DNA of 64,000 bases from Chiloscyllium plagiosum (GCF_004010195.1 NC_057719.1:31587468-31651467); one strand, 5' to 3'; shown: positions 38,681-50,834, counted from the first letter of the stretch. Numbers and translations are program-made. Notes: generated by a model from the sequence alone, not told the origin.

Positions 38681-39399
38681 CACCATACCTTTTGACTTTG
38701 TTGCCTAAAACAGTACCAATTTCAAATAAAATCTGAGTTGCTAAGAAGTTTCCATATTGTACTTGTTATAAGTCATGGAGTGGGGCAGGAGGGAATATAG
38801 AAATCATCCATTAGAAGTGGGAATTCAGAATATTGTTGTATCTAATTTTCCTCAATTTGGAGCATATGTTCCAAACAAATGGGTTAAGTTGAAAAGGCAA
38901 GGAGAGGCAAAAAGAGTTGAATCTTCATAAGTAGTGAAATGAGCTTAGAACAGACTTAAATGTGACATGCAATAACTTACCAGTGTTAATAAAATATAAA
39001 AAATAGATATTTAGATATCACCAATATAAAATGCATTAAAATAGCTCTCGTGTTGAATGATCATTGCTATTATTACATCTTTTTACCATATTTTAATGTA
39101 AGTAGCCATGAGACAATAGTCAAGAAAGTTAATAGAAAGCTTTTTTTTGTTACATTTAAGGTTTCAAGATTCAGCAGAAATGTTCAAATTTCAAGGTACA
39201 TGTGCAGGTTGAGAAAACAGGTTGTCTTAACTTTTGTTAATATTGATTGCACTCAATTCTCGTGTCTAACTGTCATGAAAGCCATTACAAAAGCTCATGG
39301 CTTAAAGTGGGTGGAAAAAAAATCTTAAAATGATCTGTTGTATTTCACATTTATTTAGCAAATACTAAAGTGGCAAAGTATGTCGCAACTGACAAGACT

Positions 39400-39845
39400 G
39401 GGAAGATGATGGCCTGATAGCAACGTTACTGGACTTGTAATCCAGAGGTTCAGGCTAATGTTCTCAGATTCAACTTCTATTGTAGCAGTTGGTGAAATGT
39501 AAATTTAATTCCCTAATATATTTGGGAAAAATTGCTAACTTCAGCAAAAGTGACAATGAAACTATTGTTGTTGGTCAAAAAATCCAATCTGATTCACTAA
39601 TGCCCTTGAGGGAAGAAAATTATCATTTTTATCATTCGACCTGGTTTAGATGCAACTCTCTACTATCTGCAGTATGATTGACTCTTAATAGCCATCTCTA
39701 TAGAAGTCACTCAGTTGGATAAAACTGCTGTAGAAAAGATGAAGCAGATTGATTGCAGCGACTCAAGGTACCTCAGTGACAGCTTCTTGAGCACTATTAA
39801 GGATAGGCAATATATCCTGACCAACAACACCCACCATCCATGAAA
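39400..39845 (+). mobile_element. tRNA-derived SINE, longer variant
   Basis: Same head as 15953; extra internal sequence before the tail. Confidence 0.65.
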
Positions 39846-40039
39846 GGAGGGGTGTTTAGATTTTCTTTTGTTACACTATCAAATTATACATAGAACAAAC
39901 TTGGATTGTCTCATCAAATGTTGGTGCACCAGTACATGCTGCTCAATACAATTAGCTGCATTCAATGATAAAATAATCAATATATTTAATATGAATAACC
40001 CTGAATAATAATCAATATTCAGTCAATATTGGTTCATAC

Positions 40040-40607
40040 CTGAAAATGTGTTTTCTATTACACGTCCATTCACAGATGCAACAGCCCCATTCAAACCACA
40101 AGTTCTTTTTTGGGGAGTTCGAAGATGGTGATTTTCAGGGATATGAAGATGGTCACCGTGAAGTTTAGCTTTCATTTTTTGGAACATTTTAGCAGGACTC
40201 TCACAGACTATTTGCTTGACCAACGTAGATTCAATAGGATTTAAATCAGATTTGACATGACTCTGGCTTACTTTCACACTTGTTGGATCAGAATCTATTA
40301 TATCACTGATTTCAGGAGGAATTACATGAAACGTTCCCTCATTTTCCAGGGCTGTGGATTGAAGTTGATGAATTACTTGAGGATTTTTCTTAGCTTTTAA
40401 TGAGATAATAGGGAATGTGTCTGGAGGTTTCAGATTGGTATTCTCCCTTTGGATACTTGTTGAAATACATGGGAGTTTATGTAAGTCTTTTAATGGAGTA
40501 CCGTTTGGAATCTGATGAAGAGGTACTGATTTCCAGGTTGTTTTCTGTTCTCTGTCCATTTCAGTGTTGTTGAAAATGTTCTTCTTGGATGGAGTAACAG
40601 ACACCAT
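40040..40607 (-). CDS. MIS18BP1: MIS18BP1 (Mis18-binding protein 1/KNL2) first coding exon, 568 nt coding
   Basis: tttttttcag acceptor 1 nt before the ATG; MVSVTPSKK...IPNGTPLKDLHK...ESPAKMFQKMKAK matches human MIATPLKH...IPSGTLTPVKDLVK...ESPGKIFLRMKEK; gtatga donor. Confidence 0.92.
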
Positions 40608-41038
40608 ACTGAAAAAAAATTATTTTCCTTTTCACTTCTACTGTTCTTCACTGGAAATTTATATCTTTTATATGCATCTGTAAATGATCAAAAAACTAAC
40701 CCTATGTCTCAAAGACTGGATATCCATGCTGAATGAAAAATCTGTTCAGTAAACAAAATAATACTTTTAGTTACGAGCAAAACTGCTTTGCGTGCCCTCA
40801 AGTTTCCCCGTCCTCTGACCTCACAGTATCAAAAGCCAGCAATACTTAAAATTATGTAATTAACACAATGCATATTAAAATTATTCAAAATCAAACTCTG
40901 CAGGCAAGTAGGAATAAGATGTAAATGATTTGAATTTCAACCCATTACAAAGTAGTTAATACAAATCACATTTTTTACTCAGTTAGTAAAAATAAAGTTT
41001 AAAAGGTAGCCAATAAGTCCAGGAAGCTAACACTGTCC

Positions 41039-42186
41039 TTGGAGAGAATCCTGAGGGACAGGATGTACATGTATTTGGAAAGGCAAGCACTAATTAGGGA
41101 AAGTCAATATGGCTTTGTGTGTGGGAAATCATGTCTCACAAACTTGGAGTTTTTTGAAGTAGTAACAAAGAGAATTGATGAGGTCAGAGCGGCAGATGTG
41201 ATATGGATTTCAGTAAGGCGTTCGACAAGGTTCCCAATGGGAGACTGGTTAGCAAGGTTAGATCTCTCAGAATACAGGGAGAACTAGCCATTTGGATACA
41301 GAACTGGCTCAAAGGTAGAGGACAGAGGTTGGTGGTGGAGGGTTGTTTTTCAGACTGAAGGCCTGTGACCAGTGGAGTGCCACAAGGATTGGTGCTGGGT
41401 CCTCTACTTTTTGTCATTTACATAAATGATTTGGATGTGAGCATAAGAGGTCCTAGGGAGTGTTGCTGAAAAAAGAGACCTTGGAGTGCAGGTTCATAAG
41501 TCCTTGAAAGTGGAGTCGCAGGTAGATAGGATAGTGAAGAAGGCGTTTGGTATGCTTTTTTTTTATTAGTCAGAGTATTGAGTACAGTAATTGGGAGGTC
41601 ATGTTGCGGCTGTGCAGGACATTGGTTAGGCCACTGTTGGAATATTGCGTGCAATTCTGGTCTCCTTCCTATCGGAAAGATGTTGTGAAACTTGAAAGGG
41701 TCCAGAAAGGATCTACAAGGATGTTGCCAGGGTTGGAGGATTTGACCTATAGGGAGAGGCTGAACAGGCTGAGGCTGTTTTCTCTGGAGCGTCAGAGGTT
41801 GAGGGATGACCTTTTAGAGGTTTACAAAATCATGAGGGGCATGGATAGGATAAATAGACAAAGTTTTTTCCCTGGAGTCAGGGAGTCCAGAACTAGAGGG
41901 CATAGGTTTAGGGTGAGAGAGGAAAGATTTAAAGAGATCTAAGGGGCAACTTTTTCACACAGAGAGTGGTATGTGTATGGAATGAGCTACCAGAGGAAGT
42001 GGTGAAGGCTGGTACAATTGCAATATTTAAAAGGCATTTGGATGGGTATATGAATAGGAAGGGTTTGGAGGGATATGGGCTGGGTGCTGGCAGGTGGGCC
42101 TAGATTGGGTTGGGATATCTGGTCGGCATGGACGGGTTGGACCAAAGGGTCTGTTTCTATGCTGTACAACTCTATGACTCTATGAT
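41039..42186 (+). mobile_element. Young CR1/HER1-type LINE 3' fragment with internal deletion at ~41450
   Basis: Nearly identical to 1-1177; ORFs 41039-41287 and 41547-41942; ctctatgactctatga tail. Confidence 0.95.
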
Positions 42187-43799
42187 TACTTGTCTGTTAT
42201 GACTTTCCCATTCTGCCCACTTGTACTAGTAGACACAGACATTATGGAACAGTAAATTTACTTACCACTCTCTCAAAATAATGACATTAGATTCTGCTTA
42301 ACAGGAACTGATCATTTTCTTTTAAAATTAATTGATATAAATTAACTGTCCCAGCGCCTTCCCCCCACCAAGAAATTATCCTTTGGGAGAAAATACAGTT
42401 TCCTGATATTGAAATCTGTTCGGGGATTGAAAGTTTTGTAGTAGTCCCTTCTAATCTTATACTAATTAAACAAATTATTTTCCTTACTTTTGTGTTATCT
42501 ATATTGCAGGGCTTTGACAGGAATTTGCTGAACTACCTAGTATTAAGTAATACAATGATGAAGTATGACTATATAGCAATGTGGAATCCATTCTTTACAG
42601 ACCTTCACTACCTTTTTGCCCTTTTATGGATGTTAAGGGCAAGTTTAGCAGTTTGACCATAGGCAATTCAGAATTTCCTTTAAGTCTATCAGGTACTGAA
42701 CATAGGAATAATACAAGACAATATCACACTATCCAAGTAACACCGGTTCTCCCACTAGCAGATGTGAATGCTGGTTGGAAGACTGAAATGAGGTGACAGA
42801 GTACCTTTGGACCTTGATCATTATCAGTAACAGTTTTAACAGCTGGCTCATTAACTCACAGGTGAGATCATTAACATAACACATTTCCTCCATTAAGATC
42901 ACAGTTTGGATGCTGGATTTTTAAGGATTAATTTAGATTTTCAGAACTGAGTTTTCATCAGACACATACTAAAGTAGCTGATATTCCCGATCATGACACT
43001 CAGTTTATTTGCCAACCTTGGCATGGGGCTTCCTGCATGTCAGGATGAAGTTTATGCTGATCTTCCAGTTGTGCCCAATATTTCCCAATAAACTCATGAC
43101 TGTGTGCTAAAATGTGAAGAACTAGTGCTAATTCAGCAGAAATAAACAGAGGAATGAACATGAGAAATAGGGACAGAAGTAGACTATACAGCCTATCGAT
43201 CCTGCTCCACCACTCGTTATGATCATGACTGATTTTGGGCATTAACTTCACTTTCCCACCCACTCCAGATATACTTTTTCAATTCATTTGCAGGTTGCAA
43301 GTGTTGCACGTCCACACAAAAAAAAAGGGGTTTTGTTGAGACAGATGTCTTGAGGGTTTTCAACAACACTATTTACATGCTATAATATCACAGGTTCTGT
43401 GCTAATGTCCCTGTACATTATATACACACAACTAACTGGTTATACACACTATGTTGATTCATGTTGTGTCTTAAAGCACCATCTGTCTGGTCTGTAACTG
43501 ATGCAGGAACACAACATCTGCAATGTTGTCTGACCAATGCTTTTTAACTGAAAGAATGAAGGACGGCATTTTATACAACAGTCACAAAACAGGACTACTG
43601 CATGTCGAACAGCAAAAGATATACAGAGCTAAGTGATTCCATAACCGACCACACTGCAGAATTGCACATCCAGTTGTGAATGGGGTGGACAATTCACTGG
43701 AGATGATCAGCATATAATTGCATCTCAACAATGGAGGAGCTCAGTACTGGGTGAAGTCTTCAGCAACAATCTTCTACAAGAAGTGCTAAGTAGGTGATC

Positions 43800-45360
43800 C
43801 ATCTTTGGAAGGTTCAGTGTTGACACTTCAATTTAGGTGTGCTGCTCCTGGCATACCCTCCTGCATTCTCCATTGAACCAGGGTTGATCCCCTAACTTGA
43901 TGGTACTGATTGGGTGAGGACATACCAGGCTATGAGCTTACAGCTTGTGCTAGAGTACAATTCTGCTGCTGTTGTCAGCCCACAGCACCTTGTGGATATC
44001 CAGTCTTGAGCTGCTAGATCTGTTCAAAATCTGTCCCATTTAGCGTGGTAATGGTGCCACACAGCATAATGGAGGGCATTCTCAGTGTGAAGGTGGGACT
44101 TTGTCTCCACCAGGACTGTGCAGTGGTCACTCTTTTTGATACTGCCATGGACAGATGCACCTGCAGCTGTCAGATTGGTAAAGATGAGGTCAAGTATGTT
44201 TTTCCATCATTGGTTCCCTCACAACCTACTGCAGTTTAGCAGCTTATAGAAATCATCATAAAATCTCATTCAGCCCAATAAGTCTACACATACTCTCCAA
44301 AGAGCATTCCACCCAGACCCTACCCTATCCTTTGGCTAATCCACCTAACCTACACATTTCTGGACACTATGGGCAAATTAGCATGACCAATCCACCTAAC
44401 CGGCACACCTTGGTACCGGATACTGGAGCACAGAGAAACCCATGCAAACACAGGGGGATTGTACGTGTAGACTCTACACAGTTGCCTGCAGTTGGAATTA
44501 AACCTGGGTCCCAGGTGCTCTGAGGCAGCAATGCTAACCACTGAGCCACTGCACTGCCAGTAGTGCTGCTGTTGAGCTATTCTTGCTGGTGAACATTGAA
44601 ATTCTCCACCCAGAGCACACTCAGTGCTTCCTCTGAATGCTGTTCAATGTGGAGTAATACTGATTTATTAGTCAAGCGAGGACAGTACTGTACATCATAT
44701 TCAGCAGGAGGTTTCCTCGCCCATGTTTAATCAGAGGGCAACTTGCTGCTGACTGTATACTACTGTACTGCCACCTCTGTCGAGTCTGTCCTACTGGAAT
44801 AATAGGACATATCCAGGGATGCTAATGGTAGCACTGGGACATCGCATGTAAGGTATATTTTGTGAGTATGTCTACGTCAGGTTGTTGCTTGACTAGTCAG
44901 TCCATGAGACACTTGCCCCAATTTCGGCATTAACCCCCAGATGTTAGTAAGGAAGGCTTTGCAGGTTCAATAGAACTGTTTTGCTGTTGTTATTTCTGGT
45001 GCCTAGGTCAGTGCCAGGTGGTCTGTCCAGTTTCATTTTTCTTTTAGACTTTGTAACAAATGATATAATGAGTGGCTTGCTCGGCCATTTCAGAAGGCAG
45101 TTGAGAGTCTACCACTTTGGAGTCACATCTCTGCCAGATCAGGTAAGTTTGGCAGATTTCCTTCCTTAAAAGGACATTAGTGAGCCAGATGGGTTTTTCC
45201 GACAATCACCCATGGTTTCACGGTCATCACAAGAGTCTTAATTTTAGATATATTTTATTGAATTCAAATTTCACCATCTGCTGTGGCAGGATTCAAACCC
45301 AGGATCCCAAAATATAAGCTAAGTTTCTGCATTTACACTCTAGTGGTAATATCACTAGCC
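43800..45360 (-). mobile_element. 5' portion of an L2/CR1-clade LINE with a tRNA-like SINE head, interrupted by a V-SINE
   Basis: Minus strand ~44870-44947 reads NIWGLMPKLG...LVKQQPD (APE start); 45070-45360 matches the tRNA-SINE body and head. Confidence 0.7.
44255..44555 (-). mobile_element. Older HE1-type V-SINE
   Basis: Minus strand GTGGCTCAGTGGTTAGCATTGCTGCCTCA...GGTGGATTGGTCATGCTAA. Confidence 0.8.
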
Positions 45361-45704
45361 TCCCAAATTACTCATTTTTTCTCAAGACAGACTACCTGGT
45401 CCATTGTTTCTTGCTTCTTGCATACCCCACTTCCAATTCCTATGAATAAAGGAGCAATATTTGCTACTTTCCAATCTGATAGAACTTTTCCATTATTTAG
45501 TCTTCAACGTCTAAAATTAAGCCCACAGACCTAGAGTCTGCCCCCAGCTATGTCTGTTCATCGGTATTCTTTCCATAATGATTGTAACTTGAGTTATTTT
45601 CTTCCTTCCAACTCTTGATTTCTAGCTATTTTGTATTCTTCAGTGAAGACGAAAGCAAATATTTGTTTCCTTCATCCACCATTTCCTTTTCTACAAACTC
45701 ACCG

Positions 45705-45910
45705 AGGATGTGGATTAGTTTAGTTGGCTCGACAGCCAGCTTGCACGTAAAGTGATGCCAACATGGGTCAAATTCCCTCATCGGCTGAGGTTACAATAAA
45801 GGATTCACCTTCTCAACATCGCCTGAGGTATGGCTACCCTCAGTTTAAACCACCAATCATCTTTCACTAAGGAGAGCGTTGCCCCATGGTCTGACAACTT
45901 TACCTTACTT
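45705..45910 (+). mobile_element. Short tRNA-like SINE of a third family
   Basis: tRNA-like head (ttagttggct...gggtcaaattcc) and an actttaccttactt tail. Confidence 0.45.
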
Positions 45911-46239
45911 ATGTTTTTCTTTGTTAAACAGCTGTAGAAATTATTACAATCCATTTTTATATTTCTGGCAAGCTTGTCTTTCATCATTAGATTTCTTCCT
46001 CTTGATTAATTTCAATCATTTTCTCTGGCCTTCTTTACAATTAGCCCAATCACTTTGACACAATTATGTGCATTTTCCTCAAGCCTGATGCTTTCCTTAG
46101 CTTATTTAATAAATAATAGATGGTAGGTCCTCTCTTGAAGCTTCCTCTCACTAGAAATATATTCATTTTATATGTATTTGTATATATTTATTCTGAATAT
46201 TCTGAAATACCCCTGCAAATTCAATGTTTGTGTAAAGAT

Positions 46240-46735
46240 TTGTAGCTTAGGTGCCTGTTGTCGTGGTTGTGGGTATGATTGCCGAGCTGGGAAGTTGATT
46301 TGCAGACATTTCGTCCCCTGTTTAGGTGATATCTTCAGTGCTTTGGAACCTCCTGTGTCTTCTGGAATTTATTTGGTTCCGTTTCTGTTGCTGTGTTTGT
46401 TGTGGCCACTATATTGAGTCTAGGTCAACGTGCTTGTCCGTGGCTGAGTGCCATGCTTTTAGAAATTCTCTGGCTGTCCTCTGTTTAACTGGTCCTCAGC
46501 CACAGGTCTCCATCAACAAGCACTTTGACCTAGACCCAATATACCAGCCACTATAACAAACAACCAGAACTGGCAACTGGAAACAGCGGAAACAGAACCA
46601 AATAAATTCCAGAAGACACAGTACAGCAGTGCTTCACAGAAGACTCCAAAGCACTGAAGACATCACTTAGACAAGGGATGAAACATCTGTAAATATACCT
46701 CCCAGCTCGGTCAACATACCCACAACCACTATCCC
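46240..46735. mobile_element. Penelope 3' ends arranged as an inverted pair, each with a hammerhead motif
   Basis: 46264-46388 mirrors 46586-46728; + strand ends INKHFDLDPIYQPL*; - strand QRTAREFLKAWH (GIY-YIG C-terminus); cores at 46332-46338(-) and 46654-46660(+). Confidence 0.8.
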
Positions 46736-47465
46736 TGTAAATATTGGTCACTGTTTCTCTATTGGCCTACCCCTGAGACAAGTCTCCTGGCTCACTTCAG
46801 CTTTCATGCCCTCACAGTTGCCCTTATTTTAAGTGCAAAATATTAGTCTTGGTTCTAACATTGTCTTCTTCAGACCACATGTAAAAAAATGAATCATATT
46901 TTACTTGCTGATATCTCTATGCACCTTTTACCTGAGCAAATTAATTAATCCTGTCACTTTACACATTATTAAATCTAGTGTAATCTGCTATCTGCTCATT
47001 TCCAGGGCATGTATCCTATGAGATGGTCTCAAAAGCCTTATGAGCAGCCAATGTTTCATAGTGGTTATTATGAGGTTGTCTGTGGATCACTCCTATTAGT
47101 AACTTCCCCTACTATTCGTCAACTCAACCCAAATCGATTGTGAACCATTCATCTTTAACTATTTCACCAATGACATCTTCTGAATATCATTCACGATCTC
47201 CACAACAACTATCAGATCGTGTTTATTGCCTTCATCCTATTTTAATGATCCACTGGTCAAGATTAGCAGAATGTGTATTCAGGAACATTTTAAGGAAATT
47301 CCTGACTGTCTGATGGACTAGATTCTACTACATTAAAGAGAACCTGGAGATACAGGAAGTCAAATCTACAAAGAAAATCACCATTGATACTGATATCAAG
47401 CTGGTGAATCATTGCCAAATTATTAGATATTGGATTGTCTCATCAGGGATTCCCACCTCGATCTT

Positions 47466-47563
47466 AACATACTAGTCTGAAAACACCGGATCTCAGAAGC
47501 TAAGCAGACTCAAGCCCAGTTCGTACTTAAGAGACAAGCTGGGAACAAAAAGTGCAGTAAGCT
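47466..47563 (+). pseudogene. 5S rRNA-derived sequence (pseudogene or SINE3-type head)
   Basis: CATACTAGTCTGAA..CCGGATCTCAGAAGCTAAGCAG..GCCCAGTTCGTACTT..GAGAC..CTGGGAA..GTGCAGTAAGCT aligns with vertebrate 5S rRNA, with two small deletions. Confidence 0.75.
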
Positions 47564-47887
47564 GACCCTCTTGTGGCCCAATGATAGTGGGCCTACTCCT
47601 GAACTGAGTCCTGGATTCAAAAATTACCTACTCCAGATGTGCATAATAACATTTCTGAACAATTTAATTAGAAAAGTAGGTTAAATAGAGAAAAGTGAAA
47701 TTTAATCAGGACAGTGTACATATAAAGAAAGTGTGCTACAAGTTAATTCTAAAAGGAAAATTGTATTTTTCTTTATTATTATTATTTACCTGTTCATAAC
47801 ATTTAATGAAATTGAGTTGGACTGGTTTCAAGTTTTTCACCATTTAAAGAGAACCCCGATTTACATTTGTATACAATAGAGTAAAGT

Positions 47888-48200
47888 GGGCGGCACGGTG
47901 GCACAGTGGTTAGCACTGCTGCCTCACAGCGCCACAGACCCGGGTTCAATTCCTGCCACAGGCGACTGACTGTGTGGAGTTTGCACATTCTCCGTGTCTG
48001 CGTGAGTTTCCTCCGGGTGCTCCGGTTTCCTCCCACAGTCCAAAGATCTGCAGGTCAGGTGAATTGGCCATGCTAATTTGCTCGTAGTGTTAGGTAAGGG
48101 GTAAATGTAGGGGTACGGGTGGGTTGCGCTTCGGCGGGTCAGTGTGGACTTGTTAGGCCGAAGGGCCTGTTTCCACACTGTAAGTAATCTAATCTAATCT
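47888..48200 (+). mobile_element. HE1-type V-SINE, full length
   Basis: Highly similar to 37676-37985; (TAATC)n tail. Confidence 0.92.
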
Positions 48201-49524
48201 AACTATCAAAACGGTCTTAATTAACAATAATCACTTGTGCCTAAAAAGTAGATCTTGAAATTATTTTGAATTTTTCAACCTTAAATCTGGTATTATATTA
48301 AATTTAAATGGTACTGAAAACAAAATTTGAAAACCTTGTTACATATTCAATATTAACTCATTATGCAGTGCATGAATTAACACTCAAGGAATTAAAACAG
48401 GGCCACAGAAGGTCATTTCTCAAAGATGAAAATGTAATCAATGCCTGACAAGTAGATTATAATGGAATTCATAAGGATCTTTAAGTCTACTCTCCATTTA
48501 ATTGAGATTTTTGCTATTTTGTGTATATGCAAGAAATTTGTTTTGGGAAGTGGTAGGTGAAACCAGAACCTAAGAATCCTAGGTATTTGTAAAAAGCTCA
48601 AACAGAATTTTTTTTATGCTGCAGTTGTTGATTTGGAACACAAAAATAAACCACACACAAAAAGAAATAAGGTAGCCAAGCTAAACAATTAATTGCACAA
48701 TTTATTGGTTCTTACTGATTCACTAAAAAGAGACAGCATCTGAATGTGAAGATGACAGATTTGTGATCTTGATTTATAGATGCAAATTCACAAGTTTGAG
48801 GACATTCAGAAGTTTGCTTGACAACAAGCATCATAAGTCATTAATGAATAACTATGTGTTCTAATATATTAATAAAGGCTGCAGTTCCTTGACATAATTA
48901 CAAATAATAAAGACCAGTCAACCAAACTCAATTCATCCATGTGAAAAAATAATAAAATTATCAAAACACGCAATTGTTTAAAAGATTCCAGAACTTTTGT
49001 CTCTGCTACTTTGTCTGCACTATCTCCAGCATTCAAGATACAGTCTGTCCAGAATACGAGCAGGCTTGATCAATCTGGACCTGTACTATTATTATGTAGT
49101 TTAATATTGTGTTGCCTTGCAGCTTGCTTTTCTGCCTTACTTTAAATGGTGTGTCTAAAATATCTAGACCCAAGGCTTTTCTCCAAATTAGACAGCAGTA
49201 CGTCCTAGTGTAGAATGGAAGCAATCATTTAGCCTCTCTAGCCTGTTCCACATTCAATGAAGTCATGATGGATGTGCGATTCAACAATGTAACCACCTGT
49301 GTCCCATATTCCTTAGTATCACTGCTAACAAAAAAAAAGTTTAAAATTAATGAAAGATCTAACAAGAATTATTATTTGTAAAAGAGACAAGCTCAAGGGG
49401 TAAGGCTACTTCAGCACAACCTCCTGGATCCCTCTACCTACCTCGCTGGTAGTCACACCCTTCAGTTCCTGACCAAATGTCAGGTACAAAAGTTAAAAAT
49501 CACAACACCAGGTTTATTTAGAAG

Positions 49525-49560
49525 CACTAACTTTCGAAGCACAACTCCTTCATCAGGTGG
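49525..49560 (-). ncRNA. Minimal type I hammerhead ribozyme motif
   Basis: CCAC-CUGAUGA-A-GGAG-UUGUG-CUUC-GAAA-GU-UA-GUG: both core boxes intact, stem I CAC/GUG. Confidence 0.65.
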
Positions 49561-49576
49561 TTATCATCAGTTACAA

Positions 49577-49612
49577 CCACCTGAAGAAGGAGCAGCGCCC
49601 CGAAAGCTAGTG
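49577..49612 (+). ncRNA. Minimal type I hammerhead ribozyme motif
   Basis: CCAC-CUGAAGA-A-GGAGC-AGC-GCCCC-GAAA-GC-UA-GUG: core intact, palindromic AGCU stem III, one stem II mismatch. Confidence 0.7.
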
Positions 49613-50834
49613 TTTCTAAATAAACCTGGACTATAACCTGGTGTTGTGTACAACCATGAAAACTGTGAGCCAAACAAAAAACACCTCTTCCCCATTGCAT
49701 TAAATTCCATGAACTATATAATCACTTAGGCTGTGTCCTACTCTGAATGTGATCTCTCCTTCACGACCAGCTAAAACTTATTGGTCACCTTGTTTTATAA
49801 CTTATGCCAATTTGCTGGCCCCTCCATTGTTTCCGGGTTTTACCAATTAGAAAATACACTGCTCTTTTATTTTCCGGTCTTAAATGGATGATTTTACATT
49901 CATTTAACATGCAAAGTCAACTGTCACAGTTTTGCCAGTTTACTTAAATCAACATCCTTTTTGTGAATTGCACGTAATGCTACCTATTTGTGCATCATTG
50001 GCAAATTAGCATATGTTGCTTCCTACATCACAAAATAAATATATTGAATAACTCAGGCTATAATACAGACTCTTGCAGGAGATCATTAGCCAATTAGAGC
50101 ATTATTCCCTCTCTGTTTCTGATGACTTGACCAAATCAGTACTCCCTCTCCAGTGCAACTGTCAACTTCTTGAACAATTATGTTTCAGCCAGCTTCGTAA
50201 CCATTTCTAATATGATCTCATCCTCTATAACTTGAGGCTTATTCAAGAGGTTTCACATGCAATGCAGGTAGAAACCTTTTGGAAGAAAAGGTGCATCATC
50301 ACCTTGGATTTATTTCATAATTATCATGGTTTCTCATTTCTTAAGAAAATTAGTTAAGCAGCATTGCTTGAACTCACGTTTCCTGCATTTAATAATAGTC
50401 AGGTTTCAAATGTCAGATATAAACTGATTTTGTCACTTCTTGATTATGGTAATTTATTGGCCAACTTTCACTCTGCTGGGATCTCCTCCATATCCACCAT
50501 CTGTCACATGATGATTGCCAGTACTAAACAAATAACTTTGCCCTGTTAAGATTTAGCCATCTTGCCTTTATTAAGATCATTGAGATTACCTAGCTACGTT
50601 TTAGAGTAGGAATGATGTTCATATCTTCCCTTTTGAGTAATGGGAGAAACTAAACATTAAGAATATTTGTTAAATTGCATCCTTCAGGTTCAAGCCAATT
50701 AACATTCAAATATATGTCACATCATTTCAAATTGTGGCCATGGTCACAGTACCAAATCAAATTATTACAGTTTCATGGAGCCTCATATTATCTATTTAAT
50801 ATGCTTTCTTGTGAACCAGTGAACACTTGCAACT

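Larger units (their letters stand above)
49490..49650. mobile_element. Palindromic Penelope-derived mini-element with two opposed hammerhead motifs
   Basis: Inverted arms ccaggtttatttagaagcacta / tagtgtttctaaataaacctgg; same family as 31844 and 24829. Confidence 0.85.

Noticed and set aside
43302..43516. TGTTG...CAACA-bounded segment as a solo LTR
   Set aside because: No target-site duplication, PBS or second copy in the window
47803..47885. IVYKCKSGFSLNGEKL resembles part of a sushi/CCP domain
   Set aside because: Lacks the downstream Cys/Trp, hits a stop, has no splice context, and the ORF starts inside a SINE
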